Assembly (NCBI GenBank): GCA_963662795.1
Contig: OY759746.1
Span: 2,496,001 to 2,560,000 of the forward strand
Length of the DNA: 64,000 bases
Direction of reading: 5' to 3'
DNA from: Spirochaetia bacterium
Lineage (GTDB): Bacteria; Spirochaetota; Spirochaetia; CADAEX01
This document shows positions 60,357 through 64,000 of this stretch, piece by piece (within the stretch, counting starts at the first letter, position 1; every line of letters begins with the position of its first letter). A program made the translations under genes and the position numbers. The notes below the pieces were generated by a model. The model was not told where the DNA came from and ran no database searches. It saw only the letters and a list, made by a program, of their open reading frames with translations.

Positions 60357-63300
60357 AATCTGTTACTTCTCTTTTATTTATTATAGTCTTTTTTTTCTCA
60401 GCTTTCCTGTTTTTTGATTTTAACTTCTTTCTCAGGATGCGAAGCCTGGCGCGCACAAAAACAGCAGTCCCAGCTGCTGCGGCCGCTATGAACGCCATCA
60501 GCGCAATGAAAGGAGCGGCTTTTGACGGAGATTCTGTTTTTACAGTCTCAGTTGATTCCGGTACCGGTACTGCAGGCACTGGCGCGGCAGGTAATTCTTC
60601 GATAACCGGGGCCTCATCAACAGGATCTTCTTTTACAGAAGAGGGCTTTGGCAGAACAGGTTTAATAGCAGGGGCTGGCGGTTTTTTAATCTCTTCACTC
60701 TCTAAAATACCAGGGCTGATTTCTGAACCGCGCAATCCTGCTGATAGACCTTCTGTTTCCGGAATATCCGATAAAGCAAGTTCCATTGGGGCAGTCGGTG
60801 TCTCAACCGGTAAGATTTCTTTTGGCTCGGTTTCCGGCCCTGCCTCAGCTGTTTCTATAACCCTGTCCGCCTTGTCATCGGTCGTTTTTTCATTAACTTC
60901 AGGGGCGATATTTTCTATTACAGCAACGGAAACCTCAGCCTCCGGTACGGCAATAGCAGGTGCTGCTTCCGGTTTTTCTTCAGCGGCTAAAACAGGTTCA
61001 AGAGCCGGCTGTTCAGCTGCATCAGGTATCTTCGCAAGGTTATTGTTACCTTCTCCTGTAACAGACAGCATTGAAGAAAGTCCCGCGTTTCCGTTAAGAG
61101 GAAAATCTTCAGCAGGTGCTGTTTCCGGTTCATCAGCCGGACTCTCCGGCACCTTTTCCTGAGGATCGGGTTCTTCAGGCTGCACAGCAGGTTCCGATTT
61201 TTTTCCCGTGCTTATAGTTTCTGCAGGAGCTGCGGGAGGAAGGCTCCATTCTGTGGTGGAAAGCCGGTCTGCCAGCGACCAGGCCCTTCCCCTGGTATCA
61301 AAAAAGGACCCGAGATAGGCATATTTCCTGGAAAGCGGTGCATCCTGTTTCTGGAGCGAAGCATACATTGCATCGGAGTTTCCGAAATCATCAAGTTCAT
61401 AATTGCATCTTGCGGCTCCAAGCAGCGCAAGAGAATTGTTTTTGTCAATTGAAAGAACATAATTGTAGTATGTAAGAGCTTCATCGTATTTCTGCTCAAT
61501 AAACAGTATGTTCCCGAGGTTTGTCCATGCGTTCATATCCTTGCCGCGGGCAGCTTTGGTGAATTCTGTTTTAGCCTGCAGTATCATTCCGTATTTCCCG
61601 TATAAAACGCCTAGCTTATTGCGGTTTTTAGGTGTATCGGAAACTGCGAGCAGTTCCTCGTAATGCCTTATCTGGGGACGGATCTCCCGCTCTGCATAAT
61701 TGTTAAGTGTTTTATCAAAGGCAATCGCGGTTTTTGTCTCATCAGGCAGACTGAATCTGGAAACAGCTCCAGGAATACTTACAGGCTTATATATTTTCCA
61801 GGATTCCTTCATCGGCAGAATATTGGCAGTACCTCTTGAATCGGCATCATTCCATTCTTTGGCTCCGATTCTCCATGCTTTATTAAAGTCTTCTTTGATA
61901 AGTGTAATTTCAACCGGGACCCATGCTGTCCCGTCATGATAAATCAGAAGCTCCGGAGCATAAAAAGACTCCTTTGCTTCAGTTTCTGTCATTCCGGAGG
62001 AAAATGCCATAAAGATATGGCCGGGTATTGTTATAAATGCAGTATCAATACCGATTGCTTCAAGCAGTGAGCTGTACAATATCGATAGATCGTCACAGTC
62101 TCCCCCGCGGTACATCAGGGTCTGATAGGGATACTGCAGAAAGTCTATCGCAGTGCTGTTATCGGCGATTTCCGCGTATGAGCTTGAAGGGTCAATAACA
62201 TAATTAGTTCCGTAGATATCAAGAGCTTCAAAAATACCCATGGCATACTGCATATTTTTGTTTAAACCCATCCGGAAGCGGTCATTTACAATGCTTGAGA
62301 CATACTTTGAGAACCATAATGCGGCAGGATCTTTCGAAGATACAAATGCCGCAGCTCTCCTGTCATCTTCCCACGACATGGCATTTCGGTGAAAAACATT
62401 CATGGTTACCGGTATTTCAGCTTTCTGTTTTGCTCCAAGTCTTCTGTACTCAACAATAATCTTCGCCTGGGCATTAAGCGGTTCGCTTAACTCAAGCATT
62501 GTTTCCTTAAAAAAGGCGGAAACCGGAACATCAAAGGATTCCCCCGGCTTCAGGCTCTCAAAGCTTGAACATTCTTTCGGCTGTCCCATATACTGCTCAA
62601 GATAGAATGATGTTTTTACATCTGTAATTGTATTTTTTTCATTATTTGTAATTTTTATAATTGAGAACGGATTATCATCATACCATGAATACAATACAGG
62701 GAAAACAGGCTCCTGTTCCTCTTTTTCCGCGCTAATATTCCTTTCCCGGGAAAGAGCTTCCTTCAGGTTGATGGATATGCCTACTCCGATACTTAAGGAA
62801 TTCATGAAGGGTTCCGGTGTATATGCATAATGCCTGTATGCTCCATATACTGATGTGCTTAATACAGGGGAGACATGATAGGTACCCTCAATTCTTGTCC
62901 CGGCTGATATTCCTGATATTGAAGTTTCATTTCTACTGACTGAATAAATGCCGGTCATCAAATCAGTTCTCAGAGTCAGCCGGTCATTCATCTGCCAAAG
63001 CAGTCCGGCTCCGATGCTTCCGTCCGTTAAAGCAAGAGGTTCAATATTCTCAAGGCCTATGTTGACATATTCCCCCTGGGCAAAAATACTTAAAAACGGG
63101 AGCGGTGTAAAATCAAAGGCCGCAGACGCGCCCATACCGGGCTTAAATACAGGATCATTGACTGGGAAATAATAACCGGGATAAATCCTTACGCCTGTTG
63201 AAGATGAGTCTGCTGTAAGCAGGGGTGAAGAATATATGCAGATAAGCAGAAAAATAATAAGGCAATATTTTGATTTTTTCAGAGATTCTGTCATATCGGC

Positions 63301-63447
63301 AGGTAATAATTTATTTAACCGTTTCAGGGAAATCATATGAAAAATACTTCTCCTGTTCCTCTCTCTATTCGGCAAGCTGGGATTGCATTCTGTTAAAACC
63401 GCTTTGAGCGGCCCTGTTGTCAGGTTCAATTTCAAGCGCTTTTTCAA
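60340..63447 (-). CDS. Exported protein: beta-barrel-like N-domain, transglutaminase-like domain, TPRs, Pro/Glu-rich linker, C-terminal TM (true start probably near 63294)
   Basis: Signal peptide; amphipathic strands ending SLSIGVGISINL; GGDCDDLSILYSSLL...PGHIF...WVPVEIT; NKLGVLYG and AWTNLGN TPRs. Confidence 0.72.
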   Translation of the reverse strand: MKKRLKLNLTTGPLKAVLTECNPSLPNRERNRRSIFHMISLKRLNKLLPADMTESLKKSKYCLIIFLLICIYSSPLLTADSSSTGVRIYPGYYFPVNDPVFKPGMGASAAFDFTPLPFLSIFAQGEYVNIGLENIEPLALTDGSIGAGLLWQMNDRLTLRTDLMTGIYSVSRNETSISGISAGTRIEGTYHVSPVLSTSVYGAYRHYAYTPEPFMNSLSIGVGISINLKEALSRERNISAEKEEQEPVFPVLYSWYDDNPFSIIKITNNEKNTITDVKTSFYLEQYMGQPKECSSFESLKPGESFDVPVSAFFKETMLELSEPLNAQAKIIVEYRRLGAKQKAEIPVTMNVFHRNAMSWEDDRRAAAFVSSKDPAALWFSKYVSSIVNDRFRMGLNKNMQYAMGIFEALDIYGTNYVIDPSSSYAEIADNSTAIDFLQYPYQTLMYRGGDCDDLSILYSSLLEAIGIDTAFITIPGHIFMAFSSGMTETEAKESFYAPELLIYHDGTAWVPVEITLIKEDFNKAWRIGAKEWNDADSRGTANILPMKESWKIYKPVSIPGAVSRFSLPDETKTAIAFDKTLNNYAEREIRPQIRHYEELLAVSDTPKNRNKLGVLYGKYGMILQAKTEFTKAARGKDMNAWTNLGNILFIEQKYDEALTYYNYVLSIDKNNSLALLGAARCNYELDDFGNSDAMYASLQKQDAPLSRKYAYLGSFFDTRGRAWSLADRLSTTEWSLPPAAPAETISTGKKSEPAVQPEEPDPQEKVPESPADEPETAPAEDFPLNGNAGLSSMLSVTGEGNNNLAKIPDAAEQPALEPVLAAEEKPEAAPAIAVPEAEVSVAVIENIAPEVNEKTTDDKADRVIETAEAGPETEPKEILPVETPTAPMELALSDIPETEGLSAGLRGSEISPGILESEEIKKPPAPAIKPVLPKPSSVKEDPVDEAPVIEELPAAPVPAVPVPESTETVKTESPSKAAPFIALMAFIAAAAAGTAVFVRARLRILRKKLKSKNRKAEKKKTIINKREVTDYDKTH

Positions 63448-64000
63448 ACCAGCCGAGTGCTTCTTTATAATTACGCTGCAGTATTTCGATGTTTCCGAGA
63501 TTTGTCATTGCCGCGGCTGAATCAAGTTCCGCAGATTTGATGAATTCCGCTTTTGCTTCATTATACAATCCTGCCCTTACATATAACAAGCCCAGTTTAT
63601 TGTAAAGAACAACTGATCCTCCGCTATTGCGAATTTCATTTTGCACATCTTTTATTCTTGGACCGAATTCTGCAGCAATGTATCTTAAGAAACTTGTTTC
63701 AACAGCTTTTTCTACAACTGAGGCCGCCGGCTTCTGGAAAGCGGCTTCATTCCCTGTAATTCCGGACGGCGGATACGTTTTCCAGGCTTCCTGAAGCACT
63801 ACAAAGTCAACCGGTCTGCCGCTGTTGATGGCTCTGGAAAGGTTATTTACAGCAGTATACCAGCTGTTGATAAAACCCTCACGCAGGACAGATAAAGACA
63901 GGGGCATCCATATTTCGTTCCCGATGGTAAGTAAATTATCAGTATTGTTAAAAAGTGCTACGGCCTGTTCCTGTGTGATATCGAGTGAAAAAGCTGTAAT
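63365..64000 (-). CDS. C-terminal part of a paralogous transglutaminase-like/TPR protein (starts beyond the window)
   Basis: Open to the window edge; AFSLDITQEQA...IWMPLSLSVLREGFINSW...EAWKTYPP aligns by eye with AFSSGMTETEA...AWVPVEITLIKEDFNKAW...ESWKIYKP of the adjacent gene; LYNKLGLLY and AMTNLGN TPRs. Confidence 0.75.
   Translation of the reverse strand: MTAFSLDITQEQAVALFNNTDNLLTIGNEIWMPLSLSVLREGFINSWYTAVNNLSRAINSGRPVDFVVLQEAWKTYPPSGITGNEAAFQKPAASVVEKAVETSFLRYIAAEFGPRIKDVQNEIRNSGGSVVLYNKLGLLYVRAGLYNEAKAEFIKSAELDSAAAMTNLGNIEILQRNYKEALGWFEKALEIEPDNRAAQSGFNRMQSQLAE

Noticed and set aside
5039-63759. Numerous short antisense or overlapping ORFs in the track (e.g. 7667-8287, 12145-12762, 35242-35961, 60437-61162)
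   Set aside because: Shadows of well-supported genes, with no independent motifs or translation signals.

Overview
Bacterial chromosomal window, most likely from an anaerobic spirochaete (inferred from lipoprotein signal peptides, the integrase type and the TPR/LysM/ftsK gene set). Left ~4.6 kb: the AT-richer edge of a tRNA-Arg(CCT)-anchored island, holding an aminotransferase split by an intact IS4-family element (18-bp IRs, 9-bp target duplication), a DAACS symporter and a decayed tyrosine integrase. Next is a nitrogen-assimilation cluster: type III glutamine synthetase with a consensus sigma54 promoter and a NifA-like activator, a two-component pair, an NrpR-family repressor and gltBD, with candidate operators for both regulators. 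The middle is housekeeping: pepT, mnmE-mnmG-rsmG, ftsK, recCBD, ilvBN. Then rex sits divergent from a Hnd-type multimeric [FeFe]-hydrogenase operon. The right ~12 kb is the best candidate for an undescribed system: a CHASE2 adenylate cyclase facing a small FecR-like protein, a 1681-aa Ig-repeat lipoprotein and two paralogous transglutaminase-like/TPR proteins. All calls come from motifs read by eye; no searches were run.
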